From assembly GCA_030390025.1 (NCBI GenBank), contig CM059438.1, positions 57,042,001 to 57,106,000 on the forward strand: a stretch of 64,000 nucleotides of DNA, read 5' to 3'. The notes beneath the pieces are model-generated. The model was not told the DNA's origin, ran no database searches, and saw nothing but the letters and a program-made list of their open reading frames with translations. This DNA comes from Squalus acanthias. Lineage: Eukaryota. The translations under genes and the position numbers were made by a program. Of the stretch, positions 32,201 through 44,700 are shown one piece after another. How positions within the stretch are numbered: the first letter of the stretch is position 1; every line of letters begins with the position of its first letter.

Positions 32201-33338
32201 GTGTGAGTGAGTGTGTGTGTGAGTGAGTGAGTGTGAGTGTGTGTTTGAATGTGTGTGTGCGAGTGAGTGTGTGAGTGAGTGAGTGTGTGTGTGTGAGTGA
32301 GTGTGTGCGTGTGTGGGTGTGAGTGTGTGAGTGAGTGAGTGTGAGTGAGTGAGTGTGTGAGTGTGTGTGAGTGCGTGTGTGTGTGAGTGAGTGTGTGAGT
32401 GAGTGAGTGTGTGAGTGAGTGTATGAGTGTGTGTGAGTGAGTGAGTGTGTGAGTGAGTGTGTGTGAGTGAGTGTTTGAGTGAGTGTGTGTGAGTGAGTGA
32501 GTGTGTGTGTGAGTGAGTGTGTGTGTGTCTGTGAGTGAGTGTGTGTGAGTGAGTGAGTGTATGAGTGAGTGTGAGTGTGTGTGTGTGTCTGTGAGTGTGT
32601 GTGTGTCTGTGAGTGAGTGTGTGTGAGTGAGTGAGTGTGTGAGTGAGTGTGTGTGTGTCTGTGAGTGAGTGTGTGTGTGTGAGTGAGTGTTTGAGTGAGT
32701 GTGTGTGAGTGAGTGAGTGTGTGAGTGAGTGTGTGAGTGAGTGTGTGTGTGTCTGTGAGTGAGTGTGTGTGTGTGAGTGAGTGTATGAGTGAGTGTGTGT
32801 GTGTGTGTGTGAGTGAGTGAGTGTGTGAATGTGTGAGTGAGTGTGTGAGTGAGTGTGTGAGTGAGTGTATGAGTGAGTGTATGTGTGTGAGTAAGTGTGA
32901 GTGAGTGTGTGAGTGAGTGTGAGTGAGTGTGAGTGTGTGTGTGTGAGTGTGTGTGAGTGAGTGAGTGTGTGAGTGAGTGTGTGAGTGAGTGAGTGTGAGT
33001 GAGTGAGTGTGTGTGTGAGTGTGAGTGAGTGTGAGTGAGTGAGTGTGTGAATGAGTGAGTGTGTGAGTGAGTGTGAGTGAGTGAGTGTGTTAGTGAGTGA
33101 GTGAGTGTGTGAGTGAGTGAGTGAGTGTGTGAGTGAGTGAGTGAGTGTGAGTGAGTGAGTGAGTGTGTGAGTGAGTGAGTGTGTGAGTGAGTGAGTGTGT
33201 GAGTGAGTGAGTGTGTGTGTGAGTGAGTGTGTGAGTGAGTGAGTGTGTGAGTGAGTGTGTGAGTGAGTGAGTGAGTGAGTGTGTGAGTGAGTGAGTGTGT
33301 GAGTGAGTGTGTGAGTGAGTGAGTGAGTGTGTGAGTGA
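29207..33338. repeat. Compound (GT)n/(GAGT)n microsatellite, ~3.2 kb excluding the nested CR1
   Basis: Directly visible. Confidence 0.97.
31207..32110 (-). mobile_element. Young CR1 LINE (RT C-half to 3' tail) nested in the GT microsatellite
   Basis: Uninterrupted 273-aa ORF (WAEQWQMKFNPEKCEV..LVRPQLEYCVQFWSP..WNSLP) plus 3' UTR. Confidence 0.95.
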
Positions 33339-33725
33339 ATTAGTCAGGAGATAAACAATAAAAAGCAATGGATTTTACTAACACTGAGTTTGAGGGGCGC
33401 TGAGCTGCCCCCACTCCCTGTGTTGCCTTCAGGGCCAGTGTTTGGAGGGTCCGCCCCTCACAACGAGTCAATGCCCAGGTTGGGATCCCGCTCCAGGACT
33501 ATCTGCGACCAGCTCCTCTGTGCAGCCTTCTCCTGTAAACAGGCACAAGAGGGACATTTCCAGTAATTAGGGAGTGTAGAGATTGTATCCCTTAAATACA
33601 CGACTTATGCAAGAATGAGCAGCAGGCACGTAGCTTGTGCTGGGTCCGTGCCCGGGGCTCCCAGCTTCATCATCTGATGTGACACTACAATCTCACGGCA
33701 GAAGAACAATCAGTGTGTCTGTCCA

Positions 33726-33872
33726 GAAAGAAAGACTTGCATTTCTATAGCGCCTTTAACTACCTCAGAACGACCCAAAGTGCTCTACAGCCAATGAAGT
33801 GCTTTTGAAGTGTAGTCACTGTTGTAATGTAGGAAACGCAGCAGCCAATCACGCACAGCAAGATCCCACAAA
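33726..33872 (-). mobile_element. SINE 3' portion
   Basis: Same tail as 28500-28640. Confidence 0.8.
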
Positions 33873-35097
33873 CCAGTCAGACGGACCTCGAGCGCTACGA
33901 CTGCACCAAGGCTGACACTTGTCATGTGAAGAACCAATCGACAGGGCGACGCGCATGTTTGCTCTGTGACACTCCACCAATCTTACACTGACATGCTGTT
34001 GGTCCACACTGTCGCCCAGGATCAGTCCACACGGTCACACCCCGTTCCCCTGTCAGCAGCTTCCACCCAGGTTCTCTGCACAGAGAGGAAGCCCACCTCG
34101 GGCAAAGAGGACCTCTTCCAGCCCGAGCTCCAACGCTGCAATGGTGGAGAGCTGCAGGTCCTTGCTTTGAATGACCGTAGCGATTTCTGTCTCCTCAGTG
34201 GCAGTGCCCCCTTAAAGGGGCAACCAGCAGCCCTTAAAGAGCCGCTGCTGCTGGACATCCTGCCCTTTGATCTCAGCGTCATCACCCGATGCGTTCTGGG
34301 ATCGCTGGAACGTGACGTGAATTAGTTTTAAAGTGAGAGCCTCGGCTCCCAGCACGATGACCAGTCAAAGATCGATGACCCACCACCTCGGAGGACAGGG
34401 GCTGGATTCACCTCCACGAACCTCCCTAAGATTGGACATGGTAGCGATGGAGAATGAGGGAGAAGGTGTGTGCTGCGGCCTAGCTCTGTCTCGCCCCTCG
34501 GCCTGCAGTTACCCCCCCCCTCCATCCCCCACCTTCTCCCGGACCGCTGCTGGCTGGATGGAACTAACGGTGGGGGTTGGGCTTGGACTGCTGTACAATT
34601 TCCCTCCTCTTCACCGGTGTTACCGCCACCCCTACGGCGACCCTGGGACCAAGCGGGAACGGCACCGAGGTCTCTCCATGGAGGGAGAGGTCGTGTAGTG
34701 GCCTTCTCGCCCTCCACTCCAGCCCCCAGCTATTTAAAAGGGAACGACGGTAATTTCAGCGGGGATTCTCCTGATCTCCCCACCCCTTTCACTTTGTGTG
34801 TAGGGTCCCACACGGCCACATCAGTGCCAGCAACAATACCCTGGACTCTGGGGAATCCTAAACTGCAGAAAAATTGAAGTGTGCTGTCATTATGTTGTTG
34901 GTTTTCCATGGGGAAATTGATGAGAGTGTCTGTCCTGTTTAACAGTGCATTAGTGACTTGCTTGACACATCTATGAATGATGTTGCCTTGAAGTAACCTG
35001 GAAGGAGGTGGGGCATAAAAGTTGAAGGCTGTGTTGGGGTTCACTGTGGTCAACAGTGTCTCCCAGGCGAAGCTGAGTCCGCCATGTTGGATGTCAA

Positions 35098-35150
35098 AGA
35101 ATCATAGAATCATAGAATAGTACAGCACAGAAGGAGGCCATTCGGCCCCA
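35098..35150 (-). mobile_element. CR1 3' tail stub
   Basis: (catagaat)n followed by acagcacagaaggaggccattcggccc. Confidence 0.7.
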
Positions 35151-35216
35151 GCCATTCCTAGAGCAGTGCACGGGGACTGCATGTGTGCCAGTGTTTAGGG
35201 GGCGTGCTGGTAGATT

Positions 35217-35602
35217 ACAACAACAACAATAACAACTTGCATTTATATCATGCCCTTAATGTAGCAAAACATCCCAAGGTGCTTCACAGAGGTGTAATGA
35301 AAACATTGGAAGCCAAGCCATAAAAGGAGATCTTGAGAGGAGTGACCAAAGGTTTGGAAGATGAGGTGGGTTTTAAGGAGGGTCTTAAAGGAGGAGAGGG
35401 AGATTGAGAGGTGGAAGTTTTAAGGAGGGAATTTCAGAACATGGAGCCTCGATGGCTGAAAGCACAGCCGCAGTGGTGGGGCGAAGGGAGGAGGTGTGCA
35501 CAAGAGGCCAGAGTCAGGGTAACAGAGAGTGTCGGGGGTGAGGGTGTAGGGCTAGAGGAGGTTACAGGGATAGGGAGGTGTGAGGCAATGGAGGGATTTT
35601 AA
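35217..35602 (-). mobile_element. L2-type 3' end
   Basis: Homologous to 1481-1840 (aacaacttgcatttata..gggagg..gaggcaatggagggattt). Confidence 0.75.
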
Positions 35603-36092
35603 ATTTGCCTCTTTCGTAAGCAGGCTTTCCCTTCATTCTCTTCATCCTTGAACCAAAAACGGAACCATGGACAAACACCCCTAGGAAATTAGATTGTAAC
35701 AATCAAAAATACCGCTTTAGGTAACCATTTATATGAGCAAGCTGAGGGCACATTATAATACTGAAATAAGACCAGCAACAGTCAATAGGGACCAATTGCA
35801 TCACCATGAAATGTAGCCATCAACTGAAGTTCTGGCGCATTCTGTGCGGAGAGTAATTAACGGGAATGATCCTGCCGGTTGGAACATTTGCCTTAGGAAA
35901 TATCAGATGAAGACAAATTGAACTGTGTTAAATGGGCCCACTTCCCACCTGTGGACAGGACTGGCAGTCGAACTCACTCAGACCATTCCTTGGGAAGCAG
36001 ATTCTGCCTTGCCATCCCATCCCAGCATTGATCAAACCCCCGCACAAAGAGACCATTACTTAACCACCCTCTGACTGATCCCCTCCCCCTAC

Positions 36093-37357
36093 CATCACCC
36101 AAACCCCCATCCGCCAAACCCCCGTCACCCAAACCCCCGTCACCCAAACCCCCGTCACCCAAACCCCAATCACCCAAACCCCCATCACCCAAACCCCAAT
36201 CACCCAAACCCCCATCACCCAAACCCCCGTCACCCAAACCCCAATCACCCAAACCCCAATCACCCAAACCCCATCACCCAAACCCCAATCACCCAAACCC
36301 CAATCACCCAAACCCCAATCACCCAAACCCCATCACCCAAACCCCAATCACCCAAACCCCAATCACCCAAACCCCAATCACCCAAACCCCCGTCACCCAA
36401 ACCCCCATCACCCAAACCCCAATCACCCAAACCCACATCACCCAAACCCCCATCACCCAAACCCCCGTCACCCAAACCCCAATCACCCAAACCCCCGTCA
36501 CCCAAACCCCAATCACCCAAACCCCAATCACCCAAACCCCATCACCCAAACCCCAATCACCCAAACCCCAATCACCCAAACCCCAATCACCCAATCCCCA
36601 ATCACCCAAACCCCAATCACCCAAACCCCAATCACGCAAACCCCGTCACCCAAACCCCCGTCACCCAAACCCCCATCAGCCAAATCCCCGTCACCCAAAC
36701 CCCAATCACCCAAACCCCAATCACGCAAACCCCGTCACCCAAACCCCCGTCACCCAAACCCCAATCACCCAAACCCCCATCACCCAAACCCCAATCACCC
36801 AAACCCCAATCACCCAAACCCCAATCACCCAAACCCCAATCACCCAAACCCCAATCACCCAAACCCCCGTCACCCAAACCCCAATCACCCAAACCCCAAT
36901 CACCCAAACCCCCATCACCCAAACCCCAATCACCCAAACCCCAATCACCCAAACCCCCATCACCCAAACCCCATCACCCAAACCCCAATCACCCAAACCC
37001 CAATCACCCAAACCCCAATCACCCAAACCCCATCACCCAAACCCCAATCACCCAAACCCCAATCACCCAAACCCCAATCACCCAAACCCCATCACCCAAA
37101 CCCCAATCTCCCAAACCCCCGTCACCCAAACCCCCGTCACCCAAACCCCCATCACCCAAACCCCAATCACCCAAACCCCAATCACCCAAACCCCAATCAC
37201 CCAAACCCCCGTCACCCCAAACCCCCATCACCCAAACCCCCATCCGCCAAACCCCCGTCACCCAAACCCCCATCACCCAAACCCCCATCACCCAAACCCC
37301 CATCACCCAAACCCCAATCACCCAAACCCCCATCACCCAAACCCCCATCAGCCAAAT
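36093..37357. repeat. 15-bp C-rich minisatellite (TCACCCAAACCCC(A/C)(A/G)), ~85 copies
   Basis: Directly visible, with occasional 14-bp units. Confidence 0.97.
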
Positions 37358-37468
37358 CCCGAAGTTGCGGTCAGTTTCAAAGGCAGAATGACGCGTAACG
37401 CTGCCAGTTCGCCATCATCCCGATCGCAATTTCCGGGGCAATAATTAGTAACAACAGGGTGACTTAGT

Positions 37469-38187
37469 GGGCCAAAAATTCATCCGGCGACGCGTATTCT
37501 CTCTCCAATTGCCGGTTTTCTGCATGCCCTGCGCATGCAGTGAAAACCGGCACTTGGTCTTTTGAAAAGGGGGCGGTTCCTCGGTGCATCGCGTGCGCGC
37601 TACAGGCTGCGCGCACGCTGTGCACTTCATGCTTTGGACGCGCAGGTAAGTATGGAAGATTTTAGAAATGGAAAAAGGAGGAATAAGACCCACTTTTAAC
37701 AAGGTAAGTAGTGAATTAAGTATTATTTTGAATTTTTTTTAACAGGTATATCTTTTTTAGAGACTTTAAAGACAGGTAAATTTATTTTTATAACTTTTAA
37801 AAAGATTTTAAATTTTTTCAAAAATTTAATTTTTTATTTAAAATGGTTAATTTATTTAACTATACTTATTTTATTAATGTGATGGTTTTAAAAAAAAAAT
37901 TAATTGAGGTTTAGTTGTTATTTTGGGGGGGTGTAAGATTCATAGATTTCACAGCACGTATGTGAAACTTATGAATGGAAGATGGTGTGCTGCCATTGGC
38001 TCTAACTGAGTCACGTGATCCCACAGCTCGCACGAATTCACTACGCCGGTGGGATACGCAAGCACTGCCCGGCTGATGTCTGGAACATCAAGTTCGTGCG
38101 AGCTGGACCTGAAAAAGCACAAGCGGAGTGAGAGATCGCGGGGAAGGCTTACCCCCGCGGGAACAGAGCGAGATCAATTTCTGGGCC
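37469..38187. mobile_element. Putative non-autonomous DNA transposon (PIF/Harbinger-type MITE)
   Basis: Imperfect TIRs GGGCCAAAAATTCATC / reverse complement GGCCCAGAAATTGATC (13/16), flanked on both sides by AGT (37466-37468, 38188-38190). CpG-rich ends with an AT-rich middle. Confidence 0.6.
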
Positions 38188-38732
38188 AGTATAATTGAGC
38201 GTGACAGTAGTGTACTGCACTACAGATCATTATTAATGTAAATCTATTGCAGTTAGACGACTGTTAGTGTAATGAAAAATTTATTGTCCTAAGCAATTGT
38301 ATTAAAATTAATTGAGTTCTTTCTGTCTAAAAAATAAAATCAATCAAAAATTGAAAAACATTGAATATGGATTAGAGTTGAAGACAAACACAAGAAGGAA
38401 ATCTTCAAATCTCTGAGCTGTGACAGCAAATAACCCAGAGGAAAGAGACGGAGATATTTCAGGTCGATCAGGATTAACCAGAGTACAGGGCAGGCAGACT
38501 GGTTGGGAAGGGGTTGAGGTAAACAGATCGTGCGTGCTGAGTGTACAGGCAGCTCAACTGCTGAAAGCTTGGCTCTGAGCCCAGGATACGACATCGACAG
38601 CTGCAGCAAACACAACATCAATCGGGGCCCCGACCGCCGTGGCAAACACATCGACAACACAGACGCTGAAGGTGGACAAAAGGGAGAATCTTAACTGCGA
38701 AGATATGACGATTAAAGCACAGGTAAAGCCGC

Positions 38733-41700
38733 GTATTTATCCCAATATAACTGAGTGTGACAGCAGTGTGTTTAATCCCACTATAAATGAGTGTGACAGC
38801 AGTGTGTTTAATCCCACTATAATGAGTGTGAAAGCAGTGTGTTTAATCGAACTATAAATAATTGTGACAACAATGTGTTTAATCACAAGATAAATGAGTG
38901 TGACAGCAGTGTGTTTAATCCCACTATAAATGAGTGGGACAGCAATGTGTTTAATCCCAAGATAAATGAGTGTGACAGCAGTGTGTTTAATCCCGCTATA
39001 AATGAGTGTGACAGCAGTGTGTTTAATCCCACTAGAAATGAGTGTGACAGCAGTGTGTTTAATCGCACTAAAAATGAGTGTGACAGCAGACTCTTTAATC
39101 CCACTATAAATGAGTGTGACAGCAGTGTGTTTAATCGAACTATAAATGAGTGTGACAGCAGTGTGTTTAATCCCACTATAACTGAGTGTGACAGCAGTGT
39201 GTTTAATCCCACTATAAATGAGTGTGACAGCAGTGTGTTTAATCGAACTGTAAATGAGTGTGACAGCAGTGTGTTCAATCCCACTACAAATGAGTGTGAC
39301 AGCAGTGTGTTTAATCCCACTATAAATGAGTGTGACAGCAGTGTGTATAATCCCACTATAAATGAGTGTGACAGCAGTGTGTTTAATCCCACTATAAATG
39401 AGTGTGACAGCAGAGTCTTTAATCCCACTATAAATGAGTGTGACAGCAGTGTGTTTAATCGAACTATAAATGAGTGTGACAGCAGTGTGTTTAATCCCAC
39501 AATAACTGAGTGTGACAGCAGTGTGTTTAATCCCACTATAAATGAGTGGGACAGCAGTGTGTTTAATCGAACTATAAATGAGTGTGACAGCAGTGTGTTT
39601 AATCCCACTACAAATGAGTGTGACAGCAGTGTGTTTAATCGAACTATAAATGAGTGTGACAGCAGTGTGTTTAATCCCACTATAAATGAGTGTGACAGCA
39701 GTGTGTTTAATCCCACTATAAATGAGAGTGACAGCAGTGTGTTTAATCCCACTATAAATGAGTGTGACAGCAGTGTGTTTATTCCCACTATAAATGAGTG
39801 TGACAGCAGTGTGTTTAATCCCACTACAAATGAGTGTGACAGCAGTGTGTTTAATCGAAGTATAAATGAGTGTTTTAGCTGTGTGTTTAATCCCACTATA
39901 AATGAGTGTGACAGCAGTGTGTTTAATCCCAGTATAAATGAGTGAGACAGCAGTGTGTTTAATCGAACTATAAATGAGTGTGACAGCAGTGTGTTTAATC
40001 CCACTATAAATGAGTGTGACAGCAGTGTGTTTAATCCCACTATAAATGAGTGTGACAGCAGTGAGTTTAATCGAAGTATAAATGAGTGTTTTAGCTGTGT
40101 GTTTAATCCCACTATAAATGAGTGTGACAGCAGTGTGTTCAATCCCAGTATAAATGAGTGCGACAGCAGTGTGTTTAATCCCACTATAAATGAGTGTGAC
40201 AGCAGTGAGCTTAATCCCACTATAAATGAGTGTGACAGCAGTGTGTTTAATCCCACTATAAATGAGTGTGACAGCAGTGTGTTTAATCCCACTATAAATG
40301 AGTGTGACAGCAGTGTGTTTATTCCCACTATAAATGAGTGAGACAGCAGTGTGTTTAATCCCACTATAAATGAGTGTGACAGCAGTGTGTTTAATCCCAC
40401 TATAAATGAGTGTGACAGCAGAGTCTTTAATCCCACTATAAATGAGTGGGACAGCAGTGTGTTTAATCGAACTATAAATGAGTGTGACAGCAGTGTGTTT
40501 AATCCCACTACAAATGAGTGTGACAGCAGTGTGTTTAATCCCACTATAAATGAGTGTGACAGCAGTGTGTTTAATCCCACTATAAATGAGTGTGACAGCA
40601 GTGTGTTTAATCCCAGTATAAATGAGTGTGACAGCAGTGTGTTTAATCGAAGTATAAATGAGTGTTTTAGCTGTGTGTTTAATCCCACTATAAATGAGTG
40701 TGACAGCAGTGTGTTTAATCGAACTATAAATGAGTGTGACAGCAGTGTGTTTAATCCCACTATAACTGAGTGTGACAGCAGTGTGTTTAATCCCACTATA
40801 AATGAGTGTGACAGCAGTGTGTTTAATCGAACTGTAAATGAGTGTGACAGCAGTGAGTTTAATCGAAGTATAAATGAGTGTTTTAGCTGTGTGTTTAATC
40901 CCACTATAAATGAGTGTGACAGCAGTGTGTTTAATCCCACTATAAATGAGTGTGACAGCAGTGTGTTTAATCCCACTATAAATGAGTGTGACAGCAGTGT
41001 GTTTAATCCCACTATAAATGAGTGTGACAGCAGTGTGTTTAATCCCACTATAAGTGAGTGTGACAGCAGTGTGTTTAATCGCACTATAAATGATTGAGAC
41101 AGCAGTGTGTTTAATCCCACTGTAAATGAGTGTGACAGCAGTGTGTTTAATCACACTATAAATGAGTGTGACAGCAGTGTGTTTAATCAAACTATAAATG
41201 AGTGTGACAGCAGTGTGTTTGATCCCACTATAAATTAGTGTGACAGCAGTGTGTTCAATCCCGCTATAAATGAGTGTGACAGCAGTGTGTTTGATCCCAC
41301 TATAAATTAGTGTGACAGCAGTGTGTTCAATCCCGCTATAAATGAGTGTGACAGCTGTGTGTTTAATCCCATTATAAATGAGTGTGACAGCTATGTGTTT
41401 AATCCCATTATAAATGAGTGTGACAGCAGTGTGTTTAATCCCTTAATAAATGAGTGTGACAGCTGTGTGTTTAGTCCCATTATAAATGAGTGTGACAGCA
41501 GTGTGTTTAATCGAAGTATAAATGAGTGTGACAGCAGTGTGTTTAATCCCATTATAAATGAGTGTGACAGCTGTGTGTTTAATCCCATTATAAATGAGTG
41601 TGACAGCTGTGTGTTTAATCCCACTATAAATGAGTGTGACAGCAGTGTGTTTAATCAAAGTATAAATGAGTGTTTTAGCTGTGTGTTTAATCCCACTATA

Positions 41701-44700
41701 AATGAGTGTGACAGCAGTGTGTTTAATCCCAGTATAAATGAGTGAGACAGCAGTGTGTTTAATCGAACTATAAATGAGTGTGACAGCAGTGTGTTTAATC
41801 CCACTATAAATGAGTGTGACAGCAGTGTGTTTAATCCCACTATAAATGAGTGTGACAGCAGTGAGTTTAATCGAAGTATAAATGAGTGTTTTAGCTGTGT
41901 GTTTAATCCCACTATAAATGAGTGTGACAGCAGTGTGTTTAATCCCAGTATAAATGAGTGCGACAGCATTGTGTTTAATCCCACTATAAATGAGTGTGAC
42001 AGCAGTGAGCTTAATCCCACTATAAATGAGTGTGACAGCAGTGTGTTTAATCCCACTATAAATGAGTGTGACAGCAGTGTGTTTAATCCCACTATAAATG
42101 AGTGTGACAGCAGTGTGTTTATTCCCACTATAAATGAGTGAGACAGCAGTGTGTTTAATCCCACTATAAATGAGTGTGACAGCAGTGTGTTTAATCCCAC
42201 TATAAATGAGTGTGACAGCAGAGTCTTTAATCCCACTATAAATGAGTGGGACAGCAGTGTGTTTAATCGAACTATAAATGAGTGTGACAGCAGTGTGTTT
42301 AATCCCACTACAAATGAGTGTGACAGCAGTGTGTTTAACCCACTATAAATGAGTGTGACAGCAGTGTGTTTAATCCCACTATAAATGAGTGTGACAGCAG
42401 TGTGTTTAATCCCAGTATAAATGAGTGTGACAGCAGTGTGTTTAATCGAAGTATAAATGAGTGTTTTAGCTGTGTGTTTAATCCCACTATAAATGAGTGT
42501 GACAGCAGTGTGTTTAATCGAACTATAAATGAGTGTGACAGCAGTGTGTTTAATCCCACTATAACTGAGTGTGACAGCAGTGTGTTTAATCCCACTATAA
42601 ATGAGTGTGACAGCAGTGTGTTTAATCGAACTGTAAATGAGTGTGACAGCAGTGAGTTTAATCGAAGTATAAATGAGTGTTTTAGCTGTGTGTTTAATCC
42701 CACTATAAATGAGTGTGACAGCAGTGTGTTTAATCCCACTATAAATGAGTGTGACAGCAGTGTGTTTAATCCCACTATAAATGAGTGTGACAGCAGTGTG
42801 TTTAATCCCACTATAAATGAGTGTGACAGCAGTGTGTTTAATCCCACTATAAGTGAGTGTGACAGCAGTGTGTTTAATCGCACTATAAATGATTGAGACA
42901 GCAGTGTGTTTAATCCCACTGTAAATGAGTGTGACAGCAGTGTGTTTAATCACACTATAAATGAGTGTGACAGCAGTGTGTTTAATCAAACTATAAATGA
43001 GTGTGACAGCAGTGTGTTTGATCCCACTATAAATTAGTGTGACAGCAGTGTGTTCAATCCCGCTATCAATGAGTGTGACAGCTGTGTGTTTAATCCCATT
43101 ATAAATGAGTGTGACAGCTATGTGTTTAATCCCATTATAAATGAGTGTGACAGCAGTGTGTTTAATCCCTTAATAAATGAGTGTGACAGCTGTGTGTTTA
43201 GTCCCATTATAAATGAGTGTGACAGCAGTGTGTTTAATCGAAGTATAAATGAGTGTGACAGCAGTGTGTTTAATCCCATTATAAATGAGTGTGACAGCTG
43301 TGTGTTTAATCCCATTATAAATGAGTGTGACAGCTGTGTGTTTAATCCCACTATAAATGAGTGTGACAGCAGTGTGTTTAATCAAAGTATAAATGAGTGT
43401 TTTAGCTGTGTGTTTAATCCCACTATAAATGAGTGTGACAGCAGTGTGTTTAATCCCAGTATAAATGAGTGAGACAGCAGTGTGTTTAATCGAACTATAA
43501 ATGAGTGTGACAGCAGTGTGTTTAATCCCACTATAAATGAGTGTGACAGCAGTGTGTTTAATCCCACTATAAATGAGTGTGACAGCAGTGAGTTTAATCG
43601 AAGTATAAATGAGTGTTTTAGCTGTGTGTTTAATCCCACTATAAATGAGTGTGACAGCAGTGTGTTTAATCCCAGTATAAATGAGTGCGACAGCAGTGTG
43701 TTTAATCCCACTATAAATGAGTGTGACAGCAGTGAGCTTAATCCCACTATAAATGAGTGTGACAGCAGTGTGTTTAATCCCACTATAAATGAGTGTGACA
43801 GCAGTGTGTTTAATCCCACTATAAATGAGTGTGACAGCAGTGTGTTTATTCCCACTATAAATGAGTGAGACAGCAGTGTGTTTAATCCCACTATAAATGA
43901 GTGTGACAGCAGTGTGTTTAATCCCACTATAAATGAGTGTGACAGCAGAGTCTTTAATCCCACTATAAATGAGTGGGACAGCAGTGTGTTTAATCGAACT
44001 ATAAATGAGTGTGACAGCAGTGTGTTTAATCCCACTACAAATGAGTGTGACAGCAGTGTGTTTAATCCCACTATAAATGAGTGTGACAGCAGTGTGTTTA
44101 ATCCCACTATAAATGAGTGTGACAGCAGTGTGTTTAATCCCACTATAAATGAGTGTGACAGCAGTGTGTTTAATCGAAGTATAAATGAGTGTTTTAGCTG
44201 TGTGTTTAATCCCACTATAAATGAGTGTGACAGCAGTGTGTTTAATCGAAGTATAAATGAGTGTTTTAGCTGTGTGTTTAATCCCACTATAAATGAGTGT
44301 GACAGCAGTGTGTTTAATCCCACTATAAATGAGTGTGACAGCAGTGTGTTTAATCCCACTATAAATGAGTGTGACAGCAGTGTGCTTAATCCCACTATAA
44401 ATGAGTGTGACAGCAGTGTGTTTATTCCCACTATAAATGAGTGTGACAGCAGTGTGTTTAATCCCACTATAAATGAGTGTGACAGCAGTGTGTTTATTCC
44501 CACTATAAATGAGTGTGACAGCAGTGTGTTTAATCCCACTACAAATGAGTGTGACAGCAGTGTGTTTATTCCCAGTATAAATGAGTGTGACAGCAGTGTG
44601 CTTAATACTACTATAAATGAGTGTGACAGCAGTGTGTTTAATTGAACTATAAATGAGTGTGACAGCAGTGTGTTTAATCCCACTATAAATGAGTGTGACA

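Noticed and set aside
30629..33368. His/Thr/Ser/Leu-rich ORFs
   Set aside because: Translations of the (AC)/(ACTC) microsatellite.
35974..37348. GDWGL / GVWVI repeat proteins
   Set aside because: Translations of the 15-bp minisatellite with frequent frameshifting 14-bp units.
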